From an uncultured Gammaproteobacteria bacterium (GTDB taxonomy: Bacteria > Patescibacteriota > Microgenomatia > 2-02-FULL-39-11), in the NCBI GenBank assembly GCA_964544585.1, contig CAZJBV010000002.1, forward strand, positions 3,468 through 67,467: DNA of 64,000 bases, in the 5' to 3' direction. Positions 47,846-58,898 of this stretch are shown piece by piece. The notes beneath the pieces are model-generated. The model made no database searches and was not told where the DNA came from. It was given only the letters and a program-made list of their open reading frames with translations. Each line of letters begins with the position of its first letter. Position 1 is the first letter of the stretch. The position numbers and the translations under genes were made by a program.

Positions 47846-48966
47846 TACACCTTATTGATTATTTTCAGCCCAAAATCGGCTATCAAGAAACATTCTTGGC
47901 TAAAGAACATTTAAAAATGGAACATGAGACAATAGTCGTCACTTCTGACAGATATTACCCATTTCCCAACTTTAAAGAGTCCGTAGGAAATGTATTAGGC
48001 AAAAGATATGTAGGTATTGGACCTAAGACAGAAGAAAATATCAATATAATAAGATTAAAATCCCTTGAACTTCCCCATACAAACCTCATCTATCTTTTCG
48101 GTCTTGAAAAAACTATTAAAAAAATAAATCCTGATTTAATTCTTTGTCATGGCATTCATTCTTTGACTTCCTATCGCATCGCCAAATTAAAAGAAAAGCT
48201 TTCGGCAAAGCTAATCTATGATACTCACGCCACATCATTCAATACTAATTTTTCCGCCAATTTATTAAAGAGACTTTATCATTACATCCTAAAGATTTAT
48301 TTTTTTCCTTTAATTAAAAAACAAGCCCATAAAATAATTGCCGTGGGTGATGATGAACAACAATTCCTGGGAAGTGAAATAGAAATTCCAAGAGAAAAAA
48401 TACCCATCATTCGTTTGGGCGTAGATACAAATATATTCAACTACTCTCCCAAAAGAGGGCTAGATGTGCGTCGTACTCTTAATCTTAAAAAAGAAGATAT
48501 TCTTATCTTATACGCAGGAAAGATCACACCCAATAAAGAAGTAGATATTCTCATCAAAGCATTTCGCGTATTAAACAGGAAAAATTCTAAACTTTTAATT
48601 ATAGGCGGCAACTTGCCATCTTCTCCTCATATAATTTTTAAGCCCTTTATCCCAAACAAGGAACTACCTGCTTTTTATTCAGCCGCTGACATTGGCGTCT
48701 GGCCAGGTGATTTTTCCATTACCATCTATGAAGCCCTAGGTTGTGGTTTGCCTACAATAGTTGCCAAAACAGAAAGTACCAAATATATTTTGAGTCATAA
48801 AAGTGCCATGGGATTTAATAGGAGAGACGTGAAAGAACTCGTGCGAAAACTAAATATATTATCTTCAAATAAAAAAAAGAGAGACGAACTGACCAACAAT
48901 GCCCGAAGCTTAGTTTCCCAAAAATTATCATGGGAAAATCTCGCCAAGCAATTCCTAGAAATATAA
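47836..48966 (+). CDS. Family 4 glycosyltransferase (GT4)
   Basis: ..EALGCGLPTIVAKTEST.. and GT-B architecture. Confidence 0.75.
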   Translation: MRIIHLIDYFQPKIGYQETFLAKEHLKMEHETIVVTSDRYYPFPNFKESVGNVLGKRYVGIGPKTEENINIIRLKSLELPHTNLIYLFGLEKTIKKINPDLILCHGIHSLTSYRIAKLKEKLSAKLIYDTHATSFNTNFSANLLKRLYHYILKIYFFPLIKKQAHKIIAVGDDEQQFLGSEIEIPREKIPIIRLGVDTNIFNYSPKRGLDVRRTLNLKKEDILILYAGKITPNKEVDILIKAFRVLNRKNSKLLIIGGNLPSSPHIIFKPFIPNKELPAFYSAADIGVWPGDFSITIYEALGCGLPTIVAKTESTKYILSHKSAMGFNRRDVKELVRKLNILSSNKKKRDELTNNARSLVSQKLSWENLAKQFLEI

Positions 48967-48993
48967 TTTATTGTATAATGTTCGAAGTAAAAA

Positions 48994-49830
48994 ATGAAAA
49001 AAGATAAAATCCAGACCGTAGTAATAACCCCGAATAATAGCTGGAATATTTTCAACTTAAAAGAAATTTTAGATTATCGCGAACTAATTTATATCTTTTC
49101 CTGGCGGGATCTCAAAGTTAAGTACAAGCAAACCCTGTTAGGAATTATCTGGGTAGTATTTCAGCCACTCATTAGCATGATTATATTTACAGTTTTATTT
49201 GGAAACCTGGCCAAAGTCCAATCTGGCAATCTTCCCTACTCCCTATTTGTTCTCATAGGACTGGTTTTTTGGAATTTTTTTTCCGGATCACTTACCAGCA
49301 TAAATGATAGTCTCCTGGCAAATGAAAATATAATTAAAAAAGTTTATTTTCCCAAAATTATACTTCCACTGGCATCATTATTAACCAATTCAGTAGATTT
49401 TATTATCAATACAATTATAGTTATTATATTTGCCATAATTTTAGGCTATCCACCGGGGTTAAATTTTATTATTATTTATCCATTTCTTTTCATACTTGCC
49501 GCCTTTTCCATTCTCGGAATTGGACTATTTATGTCTTCATTAAACGTCAAGTATCGCGATGTCCGCTATATCTTACCCTTTTTTGTGCAAATATTATTCT
49601 TTTTTACGCCGATCATCTATCCCACCTCAATCGTTGCGACCGCGAAAAAATATATTTTGGCTTTAAATCCTATGACTACGGTCATTGAAGGAGCAAGATT
49701 TATTTTCGATCCAGCCTCAAAAGTAAATATCCAGTTTGCCGCCATATCATTATTATCACTAATCATTATCTTTGCCGTCGGCCTTTGGCATTTTAATAAA
49801 ACCGAGAGATTTATCGCCGATATTGTCTAA
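48994..49830 (+). CDS. ABC-2 type polysaccharide exporter permease (Wzm/TagG-like)
   Basis: 278 aa, 6 TM. ..RDLKVKYKQTLLGI.W....P. is the conserved N-terminal box of Wzm/TagG. Confidence 0.75.
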   Translation: MKKDKIQTVVITPNNSWNIFNLKEILDYRELIYIFSWRDLKVKYKQTLLGIIWVVFQPLISMIIFTVLFGNLAKVQSGNLPYSLFVLIGLVFWNFFSGSLTSINDSLLANENIIKKVYFPKIILPLASLLTNSVDFIINTIIVIIFAIILGYPPGLNFIIIYPFLFILAAFSILGIGLFMSSLNVKYRDVRYILPFFVQILFFFTPIIYPTSIVATAKKYILALNPMTTVIEGARFIFDPASKVNIQFAAISLLSLIIIFAVGLWHFNKTERFIADIV

Positions 49831-49840
49831 TTCTAAAAAA

Positions 49841-51115
49841 ATGGAACCAATAATTGAAGTAAACAATCTGTCGAAAAAATACAAAATTGGCAGAATCATG
49901 CCTTATTATTCGTTACGAGACGATATTATGAACTTTTTCCATAAACCAAAAGACTTATTAAATAAGGGTCAAAATAAGAATAACTCAAAGGATGAATTCT
50001 GGGCTTTAAAAAATGTCTCTTTCAAAATCATGCCGGGCGAAGTAATTGGAATAATTGGCAAAAATGGTGCCGGCAAGTCTACTCTTCTCAAGATTCTAAG
50101 CAGAATCACGCCCCCCACAGAAGGTAAGGCCATAATTCGCGGGAAACTGGCAAGCCTCCTAAATGTCGGTACAGGCTTTCATCCCGAACTAACCGGAAGA
50201 GAAAATATTTACCTCAATGGTGTAATTTTAGGCATGAAGGGAAAAGATATTAGAAAAAAGTTAGAGAAAATTATCGATTTTGCCGAAATAGAAAAATTTA
50301 TTGACACACCCGTCAAATATTATTCTTCAGGAATGTATATTAGACTTGCCTTCGCGGTCGCTTCACATCTTGAACCGGACATTCTCCTTATTGATGAAGT
50401 ATTGGCCGTCGGTGATTTTGGCTTTCAGAAAAAGTGCCTCAAGAAAATGGGCGAAATTCAGAAAGAAGGAAGAACAATCCTTCTCGTTTCACATGACATG
50501 TCTGCCATAGAATCATTAGCCAACGGTGTAATTTTATTCGTCAATGGCAAAACTAAAGGAATCACTACAGTCGACAAAGGCGTCGATAAATATCTTCATG
50601 TCCAAAAAAGTATTTTATCTCCACATTTCACTCCAGTTAGATTCGCCACCGATAGAAATGCATATATCATCGAGGCTAATATTATTAACAGAGAAGGCAA
50701 TAAGACTACTCAAATACCCGTCTTTGAACCCTTTTTTGTAGAAATTGTTTGGCAAAATAAAAAGGGAGTTCCGGTAACACCAAATTTCGCCATAGACAAT
50801 CAAAACGGCACAAGAGTAATGGTTGCGGGGGATAATCCTATCGATTGGGACGGAAAGAAAAAAAGAAAAAAAGGAAGATATATAAGTAGGGCCAAAATAC
50901 CAGCAAATTTGTTAAACTCCAATACTTATTTTGTTCACATATCTTTGGATACTGCGCTACCATTCAAAAAAAGTTATGACAATTATAAAGAAGCTCTTTC
51001 TTTCTCCATCCTCGATCCCATGGACGAACGAAGTATAGCCAGGGGCGCTTTTCAACACCTAAGAAAGGAATACGCGCTCTGGTCGGCATTAGAATGGACT
51101 TATAAAAAAATATGA
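49841..51115 (+). CDS. ABC polysaccharide exporter ATP-binding protein (Wzt/TagH-like) with about 170-aa C-terminal extension (putative glycan-binding domain)
   Basis: Walker A GKNGAGKSTLLKIL. LSGG-equivalent YSSGMYIRLAFA. Walker B LLIDEVLAVGD. Start taken at MEPIIEVNNL (the ORF track begins at 49772, overlapping the permease). Confidence 0.75.
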   Translation: MEPIIEVNNLSKKYKIGRIMPYYSLRDDIMNFFHKPKDLLNKGQNKNNSKDEFWALKNVSFKIMPGEVIGIIGKNGAGKSTLLKILSRITPPTEGKAIIRGKLASLLNVGTGFHPELTGRENIYLNGVILGMKGKDIRKKLEKIIDFAEIEKFIDTPVKYYSSGMYIRLAFAVASHLEPDILLIDEVLAVGDFGFQKKCLKKMGEIQKEGRTILLVSHDMSAIESLANGVILFVNGKTKGITTVDKGVDKYLHVQKSILSPHFTPVRFATDRNAYIIEANIINREGNKTTQIPVFEPFFVEIVWQNKKGVPVTPNFAIDNQNGTRVMVAGDNPIDWDGKKKRKKGRYISRAKIPANLLNSNTYFVHISLDTALPFKKSYDNYKEALSFSILDPMDERSIARGAFQHLRKEYALWSALEWTYKKI

Positions 51116-52212
51116 TTTCAATCTTTAATACTTATATAGACAAAAATGCAGCTAAAATAGTAAAACATACGCTGGATTCAACATTTATAAGCGAAGGAAA
51201 AGCTGTCAAGGAATTCGAAGCTGCATTATCTAATAAATTAGGCTGGATAAATCCCTTGACAGTAAATAGCGGCACAAGCGCTCTTCATTTGGCTCTAGCT
51301 ACCATCGGCATAAAAGGCGGAGATGAAGTCATTATTCCACCCCAAACGTTTATTGCCACAGGCCTTGCCGTTTTATATCAAGGGGCAAAACCAGTTTTTG
51401 CCGATATAGACTATATGACAGGAAATATCGATACCGAATCCATAAAATCCAAAATAACTCAAAAAACAAAAGCCATAATTCCAGTTCATTGGGGAGGGTA
51501 TCCTTGTGATATGGACGAAATATTAAAAATTGCCCATGAGTATAACCTCATTATCGTTGAAGACGCAGCCCATGCCTTAGGTGCAGAATATAAAAAAAAG
51601 CCAATTGGCTCAATTTCGCCTCTAACCTGTTTTTCTTTTCAAGCCATAAAACATGTTACTACGGCAGATGGAGGAGCCATCTGTTTTAAAGATAAAAATC
51701 TCTATCAAAAAGCTTTTCGTCTGCGCTGGTTTGGCATAGACAGAGATAAAGATAAATCATCAATTTTGGGCGAAAGACAGTATAATCTCCACGAAATTGG
51801 TTTTAAGTACCACATGAATGATTATGAAGCCTCCCTTGGCCTAGCCAATCTCGAATCTATAAACAAACGATTAAGAAAAAGAAGAAAAATAGCAAAACAA
51901 TATAGGGAAAGTTTGGGAAAGATAAGTGGCATTAAGTTGTTTGACTATCGTCAAGACAGAGAAAGCGCCTATTGGCTATTTGGGATGCATGTCGAAAAAA
52001 GGAATGATTTTATTAAAGCTATGAAATCAAAGAACATAACAGTTTCTGTTGTCCACCAAGGTATTGATAGAAATGATATCTTTGGAGGGTTAAGAAAAGA
52101 CCTCCCCAATCAAAGACTATTCGATAAGACTCAAATACACATCCCAGTGCACGAAGGTTTAACTCCGCCTCAAGTACAATATATAATCAATTCTATTAAA
52201 AAAGGGTGGTAG
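51112..52212 (+). CDS. DegT/DnrJ/EryC1/StrS family PLP-dependent sugar aminotransferase
   Basis: ..NSGTSALHLAL...GIKGGDEVI.PP.TFIAT..AV.Y.GAKPVFADID.. and the downstream ..F.A.K catalytic Lys region. Confidence 0.8.
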   Translation: MISIFNTYIDKNAAKIVKHTLDSTFISEGKAVKEFEAALSNKLGWINPLTVNSGTSALHLALATIGIKGGDEVIIPPQTFIATGLAVLYQGAKPVFADIDYMTGNIDTESIKSKITQKTKAIIPVHWGGYPCDMDEILKIAHEYNLIIVEDAAHALGAEYKKKPIGSISPLTCFSFQAIKHVTTADGGAICFKDKNLYQKAFRLRWFGIDRDKDKSSILGERQYNLHEIGFKYHMNDYEASLGLANLESINKRLRKRRKIAKQYRESLGKISGIKLFDYRQDRESAYWLFGMHVEKRNDFIKAMKSKNITVSVVHQGIDRNDIFGGLRKDLPNQRLFDKTQIHIPVHEGLTPPQVQYIINSIKKGW

Positions 52213-52219
52213 GTACAAA

Positions 52220-53176
52220 ATGGATTTCTTTTTTTTACATTCTTCCAAACTTATTCAAAGCCAATTAATACTTTTGCAAAAAATGAAGAAAGATAATGAT
52301 AAAGCTAAAGCTCCTTTCAGACCCACTCCGATGTGGAAAGAGATTGGGCGGCAGATTGAAAAAGAATTTCACAAGATAGGTATTGAAATAGCAGAACAGC
52401 AAATATACAATACTATGTTTTCTCAAAGCCTTCCTTCCAATAAACGATATTTTCGCTACGCGCTATGGATGTTATATAAAATTGTAAAAAAAAAGGACAA
52501 GTTTGAATTATTGAAGAAAGTACCATCTACTATTGGTATAGATTCAGGTTTAGCTTATGAATTTGAAGGGATCGTTGTTAATTGGGATCTTTTGATATCA
52601 ATTGATAATCTTTACTCAATTTACGAAATTGATAAACGAATTTTCACAAAGCCACTTATCTTTGTAGATTTGGGTTCCGGTTGGGGTAGATTAGGTTATG
52701 TATTAAAGTCTATAAACAAAAAATGTGTGTATATCGCTCTTGATCTTCCTGAAGCATTACTTATATGTATTACAAGATTAAGTAAATTATTTTCTAAACA
52801 AAAAATACTTTCATATGAAAAGTTACAAACTCAAAGATCGTGGACTAAAGATCAATTGCTATCTTATGATCTAGCATTTGGTGGCCCACAAGATTTAGAG
52901 CGTTGTATGAATAAATCCATAGATGTACTCGTAAATATAGGGAGCTTTCAGGAAATGACTCAACCTCAAGTCAATGCCTACTTAAAACTGATTAACCGCA
53001 AATTAAAAGGTGTTTTCTATACTTCACAATATTGGCAACCTCCACGGATAGCTAAAAAATATGATGCAATTGAAGGATATAACAGCTATCGATTTCCAGT
53101 AACATGGAAAAGGAAGTATTTAAGAAACATATCATACTCCGAAAGATACTTTGAAACTGGATACACTGCATATTGA
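52220..53176 (+). CDS. Class I SAM-dependent methyltransferase (putative sugar O-methyltransferase)
   Basis: ..FVDLGSGWGRLGYVL.. (motif I). Start uncertain. Confidence 0.5.
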   Translation: MDFFFLHSSKLIQSQLILLQKMKKDNDKAKAPFRPTPMWKEIGRQIEKEFHKIGIEIAEQQIYNTMFSQSLPSNKRYFRYALWMLYKIVKKKDKFELLKKVPSTIGIDSGLAYEFEGIVVNWDLLISIDNLYSIYEIDKRIFTKPLIFVDLGSGWGRLGYVLKSINKKCVYIALDLPEALLICITRLSKLFSKQKILSYEKLQTQRSWTKDQLLSYDLAFGGPQDLERCMNKSIDVLVNIGSFQEMTQPQVNAYLKLINRKLKGVFYTSQYWQPPRIAKKYDAIEGYNSYRFPVTWKRKYLRNISYSERYFETGYTAY

Positions 53177-53197
53177 CTAAAATTACTAAAATGAATT

Positions 53198-53443
53198 ATG
53201 GCTGAGACAAATAACAAAATTAAAAGGCTAAAAAGAATATTCTCGACTGTTTTAGATATCCCGCAAGATTCGATAACTCAAAACACCAAGCAGGAAAATA
53301 TTGGCAGTTGGGATTCGCTCAATCACCTTCAATTGATTATGGCAATTGAACAGGAATTTAAGGTAAAATTTGATATTCCCAAAATACCCTCTTTGACCTC
53401 ATTTACTTCCATAATAAAAGAACTAAATCATGTCAATCGATAA
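53198..53443 (+). CDS. Acyl carrier protein
   Basis: 81 aa. ..IGSWDSLNHLQLIMAIEQEF.. carries the phosphopantetheine-attachment Ser in a DSL motif. Confidence 0.75.
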   Translation: MAETNNKIKRLKRIFSTVLDIPQDSITQNTKQENIGSWDSLNHLQLIMAIEQEFKVKFDIPKIPSLTSFTSIIKELNHVNR

Positions 53444-54371
53444 GAAACTTATTCAAAAATTAAGGAATTTAAATAGAGGCATTAAGATTCGCAAACTACC
53501 CCTTGCGGAAGCTTCAATCTTTGTCAAGTGTATGAACAATTACTATTCACGCAAAAAAACAAATGATTATTTTAGATGGCAGTTTTACTCATATCCAAAG
53601 TCTATATATTTCGGTGCATTCGATAAAAAAAGATATATTGGAGGTTTTGGTATACAACTTCAGAAAGTTAAGTATTATAACGATATAGTCATTGTCGGAA
53701 AGGGCCTAGATTTAATTGTAGATCCTCATTATCAAAATAGAGGCATAGGCGCACTTCTTGTTTTAAATTGTGAGAAATGGGCAAAGGAAAAAAAAGCATC
53801 TGCCATAATGACTTTATCCAATATCAATGGACAAAGACTTCTATCGAGAATGAACTATAAATTCAAAACTATATACCAAATGGAAAAGAATTTAAAAGGA
53901 AGAATCAAGAAATTTAATTTATCCAAATATCATAAAATAAAGGCAAAACGGAATGAAAAGTTTTATTTCCTAAAAAATGATCAATGGTATACCTGGAGAT
54001 TTTTCCAAAACCCAGAATACAAATATTCGCAAATTAATATATCAGATGAACTCAGGGTTTTCGTCAAGATTTTCAAAGATCCTGAAACTCAAAAATCATT
54101 TGGAGACATCGTTGAAGTAAGTAATACTAAAAATATAGATCTTTTATGGAAAGCATACACAGAAGCTGAAAGATTTTTCAAACAAAAGTCTGTTTCCTCA
54201 ATCACTACCTGGGCATTACCAAATACACTAAATTTTAAAATCACCGGAAGGTTGGGATTTAAAGAGGTAGCAAAGCAGAGATATTTCTGTATTCGTATCT
54301 TAAATAAGAACATTGATCTTGAGAATTTTGATTCTTGGTTTCTAATGCAGTCAGATTCAGAAATATATTAG
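53430..54371 (+). CDS. GNAT-fold acyltransferase (putative ACP-dependent N-acyltransferase)
   Basis: ..LIVDPHYQNRGIGALLVLNCEKWAKE.. (Q/R-x-x-G-x-G/A motif). 313 aa. 14-nt overlap with the ACP gene. Confidence 0.5.
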   Translation: MSIDKKLIQKLRNLNRGIKIRKLPLAEASIFVKCMNNYYSRKKTNDYFRWQFYSYPKSIYFGAFDKKRYIGGFGIQLQKVKYYNDIVIVGKGLDLIVDPHYQNRGIGALLVLNCEKWAKEKKASAIMTLSNINGQRLLSRMNYKFKTIYQMEKNLKGRIKKFNLSKYHKIKAKRNEKFYFLKNDQWYTWRFFQNPEYKYSQINISDELRVFVKIFKDPETQKSFGDIVEVSNTKNIDLLWKAYTEAERFFKQKSVSSITTWALPNTLNFKITGRLGFKEVAKQRYFCIRILNKNIDLENFDSWFLMQSDSEIY

Positions 54372-54378
54372 AACTCAT

Positions 54379-54726
54379 ATGAACCAATCAGTAGGTACAG
54401 ACATTGTTAAAAATAAAAGAGTAATTGAATTATTCAATAAATATAAGGATAATTTTTTAGAGAAGATTCTAACTCCGGAAGAAGTAACAAGATTCAAAAA
54501 AAATAACAATATCCAAAGTTTGGTCGGAACTTTTGCCGCAAAAGAAGCAACGATAAAAGCACTCCATGATTTAGGATTTACTGAAATCACCATGCAGGAT
54601 ATAGTAATAATATCTCGGGCAAACTCATCTCCGCTGGCGTTCGTTAAGTCTAATGTAAAAATTCATATTTCCATAAGCCACGAAACAGAGTATACTATTG
54701 CAATTGCTTTATGCACAACCACATGA
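54379..54726 (+). CDS. acpS: Holo-ACP synthase (4'-phosphopantetheinyl transferase, AcpS type)
   Basis: 115 aa. VGTDIV...R...........F.....T.EE........N.....G.FAAKEA.IKAL............I..........ISISHE..Y..A.A. Confidence 0.7.
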   Translation: MNQSVGTDIVKNKRVIELFNKYKDNFLEKILTPEEVTRFKKNNNIQSLVGTFAAKEATIKALHDLGFTEITMQDIVIISRANSSPLAFVKSNVKIHISISHETEYTIAIALCTTT

Positions 54727-55649
54727 AAATACTTATAACCGGCGGCCATGGTTTTATCGGTAAACACTTAATAAGTGAGTTAAAAAAAAGGGCTTTAAAT
54801 TCAGAAATCATTCCATTATCAAGGAGGGATGGCTTTGATTTAAGGGACCTAAAAATCACCCAAAAATACGTAAAAAAAATAAAGCCGGATTTTATTTTTA
54901 ACCTTTCCTCTCATGTAGGCAGCGTTCACTATTCAACAATACACGCCGCTGACATCATTTATGACAATACAGAAATGTCTTTGAATCTCTACAAAGCAGT
55001 ACAAGAATATGCACCGCTTGCAAAGATAATAAACCCATTGTCTAATTGCTCTTACCCCGGTGATGCTGACATTCATTATGAACCAGACTGGTGGAAGGGA
55101 GAAGTGCACGACAGTGTCATTGCCTCCGGAAATTCAAGGCGGATGCTATATGTTATATCAAAGTGTTTTAATATGCAGTATGGCATAAAAACATATAATT
55201 TCCTCGTTCCAAACTCATTTGGTCCAGGCGACTATACAGATCCGAATAAAACGCATGCCCTAAATGGCATGATCATCCGCATGCTTAAAGCGCACAAAAA
55301 TAAAGAAAAAATTTTTGAAATCTGGGGAACGGGAAAACCAATAAGGGAATGGGGGTACGTAAAAGACATTGTCAGGATTCTTAGCAAAAGTTTAACATTA
55401 AAGACAGATTTAATTTATCCAGTAAATATAGCCCAAAATAAAGGCTATTCAATAAAAGAATCTGCCCATATGATAAAAGAAGCCATAGGTTTTAAAGGGA
55501 AAATTGTCTTTAATACAAAATATCAGGATGGCGCAGCCAGAAAAATCTTGGATAATAGAAGATTCAAAAAAATTTTCCCTAATTTTATGTTTACGGATCA
55601 TAAACAGGGGATAGAAGAGACAATCAAGTACTATAATAAAGTTTTATGA
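54711..55649 (+). CDS. NAD-dependent epimerase/dehydratase family protein (fucose-synthase-like SDR)
   Basis: KILITGGHGFIGKHL Rossmann motif. 312 aa. Confidence 0.6.
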   Translation: MHNHMKILITGGHGFIGKHLISELKKRALNSEIIPLSRRDGFDLRDLKITQKYVKKIKPDFIFNLSSHVGSVHYSTIHAADIIYDNTEMSLNLYKAVQEYAPLAKIINPLSNCSYPGDADIHYEPDWWKGEVHDSVIASGNSRRMLYVISKCFNMQYGIKTYNFLVPNSFGPGDYTDPNKTHALNGMIIRMLKAHKNKEKIFEIWGTGKPIREWGYVKDIVRILSKSLTLKTDLIYPVNIAQNKGYSIKESAHMIKEAIGFKGKIVFNTKYQDGAARKILDNRRFKKIFPNFMFTDHKQGIEETIKYYNKVL

Positions 55650-55666
55650 TATGAATCTTATAAATC

Positions 55667-57241
55667 ATGTTGCAAAAGCTATTCATAATTTTGGCTTTTC
55701 TTCTCTTAGGAATATTTTTTCACTTTATTCCCAATAAAGGAATTCCCTTAAATAGCGACGTCACCTGGATCTTCCGCCTGCAAACAGTTAATGATGCTAA
55801 TCTCCAAAAATCTATCCCTTCTGGCTTAAGACTGATGGGTGCATTTAAACAGAATTTTTGGCAATATTTCATCGACTGGTATCAGCTAACTGGACGTTGG
55901 AATATTTTTGATATTGCCTCATTTCGTCTTTTAGCCATCATAGGAGGAAACAATGCAGATATATGGCGTTTATTTTATATCATTATATTAAGTGGCAGTG
56001 TGAGTCTATTCTATCTAATATCTAAGGAATTAAAAATACCAACTCTCATCTCATTATTCCTTTCTCTAGGATTATTTTTCTATCCACTGGATGCCTGGAC
56101 AGATCATAAAACAGCCGAACCAAAAGCCTTGCTTTTTTTACTTATAGCCATTTATTCATCTTTGAAATGGAAACATCTTCTTGGATCAATTACAGCAAGT
56201 TTGGCTATGCTTTTTTCTATCTTATCAAAAGAGTCGTTCATAATTTTCTGGCTTATTATCCCAGCCATTTCTTTTACCCAAATAAAAATAAGGAAAAAGA
56301 GCTGGAAAGATTTTAATTATTTTTTATTTCCCCACTTAGCAAGCCTTTCTTTAATCTTATTCTATGTAATATTTCTAAAATTGAATTTTCCCCAAGATAC
56401 TCGCGGCTATATTTTAACCAATGCGAATAATGTGATTCCTTTTTTTATATTTTTTCAGAATTATATTTATCAATTATTTCAAGGATTTATTATTCCAAAG
56501 CCCATTATTTATCAAGTAGGACTTCTCTTTCTAACTTTATTAATTCTGATAAAAGCACATCTCAAAATCAAAAAGAAATATTTTTTTGAATATATAAAAA
56601 GATTAAATTTTATACTTTTAGGAACTTTGATAATAACTATAGTATTGCACGGAATGATTTATTATCTAACCGGACGCAATATCTCCGGTAGATATGTAAT
56701 TCCGGCAAATTATATTGCTCTATTAACTATAGTTTTACTTTTTAAACCAATCTTAATAGAAAGTTTAAAGAATATCAGAAGAAAAAAAATGTTTGTCATG
56801 GTAGTTACCCCTCTTTTTTTAATATTCATAATTACTTCAATAAAAATTAGAATTTTACCAAACGCAGCTCAAAATAGGTTAGACCAGGATAAATGGCAAG
56901 GATTAATCGAAGAAGTATCCCAAAAGGCTCCCACCAATAGTCATATTGTCTTAAAATTTGCCGAGCCATATATGATTGAAACCGCTCAAAGTCTTGAAGC
57001 AAATACACTTCTTCGAGGTCGATACGATTTAATCTATCACTTGGAATTTAAAGATACTCAGGCTTATCAACAAGACTCCGGATTTCTGAAATATTTAGTG
57101 GATTCTTATAATAAGTCGAGAAAATTAATTCCTCCCCAAGGAAATCGAAATATTTTATACGTTAAAGCAGATAGAAAAGGTGGAAATGGATTGCCATATC
57201 TCAATTACGAACTGTCACTGGATTCATCTCTACATCCATAG
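55667..57241 (+). CDS. Polytopic membrane protein, hypothetical
   Basis: 524 aa, TM-rich throughout. No motif recognised. Confidence 0.3.
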   Translation: MLQKLFIILAFLLLGIFFHFIPNKGIPLNSDVTWIFRLQTVNDANLQKSIPSGLRLMGAFKQNFWQYFIDWYQLTGRWNIFDIASFRLLAIIGGNNADIWRLFYIIILSGSVSLFYLISKELKIPTLISLFLSLGLFFYPLDAWTDHKTAEPKALLFLLIAIYSSLKWKHLLGSITASLAMLFSILSKESFIIFWLIIPAISFTQIKIRKKSWKDFNYFLFPHLASLSLILFYVIFLKLNFPQDTRGYILTNANNVIPFFIFFQNYIYQLFQGFIIPKPIIYQVGLLFLTLLILIKAHLKIKKKYFFEYIKRLNFILLGTLIITIVLHGMIYYLTGRNISGRYVIPANYIALLTIVLLFKPILIESLKNIRRKKMFVMVVTPLFLIFIITSIKIRILPNAAQNRLDQDKWQGLIEEVSQKAPTNSHIVLKFAEPYMIETAQSLEANTLLRGRYDLIYHLEFKDTQAYQQDSGFLKYLVDSYNKSRKLIPPQGNRNILYVKADRKGGNGLPYLNYELSLDSSLHP

Positions 57242-58898
57242 TCGAAAGATCACCCGCTTCTGTATTCGTTTCTCTCGCGCGCAATACCCGCCTCATAATC
57301 TTCCCACTTCTTGTCTTTGGCAATTTCTTTACAAACTCTATCTCCCGCGGCACTTCAAATGAAGCCAACTTTTCTCTCACATGACGAACCAGAGCCCGCT
57401 TCAAGGCGCTCGTTGGCCGCACTCCAGGTTTAAGTAGTACAAAAGCTTTTACAATCTGACCGAAAATTTTATCTGGCTTACCAATTACACCGGCTTCAGC
57501 CACCCCCGGATGTGCTACCAGCACACTTTCTATTTCAAAGGGACTAATACGTTCCGCCGCACTTTTGATCATATCGTCTTGCCTCCCTTGAAACCAGAAA
57601 TATCCATCATTATCCTGATAAGCCGTATCACCAGATATATACCATTTATTTTTAAAATAAGCCGAAAATTTTTTTGGGTTATTCCATATTGCTTTCATCA
57701 GCCCCGGCCATGGGGTTCTAACCGCCAAGTGGCCGATTTGTCCGCGTGGTAATTCCTTTCCTCTGTCATCAATAATCGCCGCATAAATACCCGGCAAGCT
57801 CTTTCCCATAGAGCCCTTTTTTATTGGCAGACAACGGTAATTATTGATTAATTGATGTCCATTTTCGGTCATATACCATGAATCATGGATAGGAATACCC
57901 AAATTTTCCATTGTCCAGTCGATAAGACTAGGGTTAAGAGGTTCCCCGGCGCTGACAATATGCCGCAGAGTTGATACTTTCTTTCGGTTAAGCGGTACGT
58001 TGTAGTAACGAAGTAATCTAAATACAGTAGGAGTGCTGTACCATACATTTATTTTCATTTTAGACATGAACTTCACCCATTCAATAGGCTGAAATGGTCC
58101 CTGGTAAATATGAGCGGCAATCCCTAATAAAAATGGAGCAAAGAAATTATAGACCATGCCAGTAACCCATCCCGGATCACCTGTATTCCAATAACAATCA
58201 GTAGGTTTTAAATCCAAAACATACTTTGCCGTTACCAGATGACCGATCATAGCTCGATTAGGAAGAAGTACGCCCTTTGGTTTTGCCGTCGAACCTGAAG
58301 TATAGTGAATGATAAAAGGCGTTTCTAAACTGCCAAAATGTATGGTCGAGCCATTAGTCTTAGAATGAAACTTATCAATATTTTTATCCGTCAAAATATG
58401 CTTCACAGAGGGAATAGAGGCAAAGGAGACGTTTTTAATAAGATCGGAAGTCGTATAAAGCCAATTAGCAGTACAATCGTTCAAGCGATCTGAAATTGCA
58501 TCCCGACCAAAAGCCTGAAACAATGGGACAACAATAGCTCCACACTTTATTGCTGAAAGCATAACAACAACATATTGAATTGATTTTGCAGCATAGAGCC
58601 CAAAACGATCGCCCGCTTTTAGCCCAGATAAGTGTAAATGACTAGCCAAACTGCTTGTCTTTTCAGAAAGTTCTGCAAAAGTAATACGTTCAATTTTCCC
58701 AGAAGGAAGTTGAGTAATAATTGCCCACTTTTTTCCGTTACCTTTTAAAACTTGATAATCAGTAATTTCATAAGCATAATTTACCCGTCCGCTCTTATAA
58801 AAAGAGAATTCTTTATGCCAATCCCGCCAAGAAAAATTATTTCTTGTCTCATCATAATTAACCAGGTTTGGCCGCGTATTCAGAATGTCTGATTTCAT
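57201..58898 (-). CDS. AMP-forming acyl-CoA/acyl-carrier synthetase (acetyl-CoA synthetase-like adenylating enzyme)
   Basis: ..IIHYTSGSTAKPKGVL.. (AMP-binding motif I). ..YGPTE-like and ..GD.A..D.DGY.W..GR.DD.IK..G.RI core. The only minus-strand gene. Start taken at MKSDILN (rc ATG 58898); the ORF track extends to 58946. Confidence 0.7.
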   Translation of the reverse strand: MKSDILNTRPNLVNYDETRNNFSWRDWHKEFSFYKSGRVNYAYEITDYQVLKGNGKKWAIITQLPSGKIERITFAELSEKTSSLASHLHLSGLKAGDRFGLYAAKSIQYVVVMLSAIKCGAIVVPLFQAFGRDAISDRLNDCTANWLYTTSDLIKNVSFASIPSVKHILTDKNIDKFHSKTNGSTIHFGSLETPFIIHYTSGSTAKPKGVLLPNRAMIGHLVTAKYVLDLKPTDCYWNTGDPGWVTGMVYNFFAPFLLGIAAHIYQGPFQPIEWVKFMSKMKINVWYSTPTVFRLLRYYNVPLNRKKVSTLRHIVSAGEPLNPSLIDWTMENLGIPIHDSWYMTENGHQLINNYRCLPIKKGSMGKSLPGIYAAIIDDRGKELPRGQIGHLAVRTPWPGLMKAIWNNPKKFSAYFKNKWYISGDTAYQDNDGYFWFQGRQDDMIKSAAERISPFEIESVLVAHPGVAEAGVIGKPDKIFGQIVKAFVLLKPGVRPTSALKRALVRHVREKLASFEVPREIEFVKKLPKTRSGKIMRRVLRARETNTEAGDLSTMDVEMNPVTVRN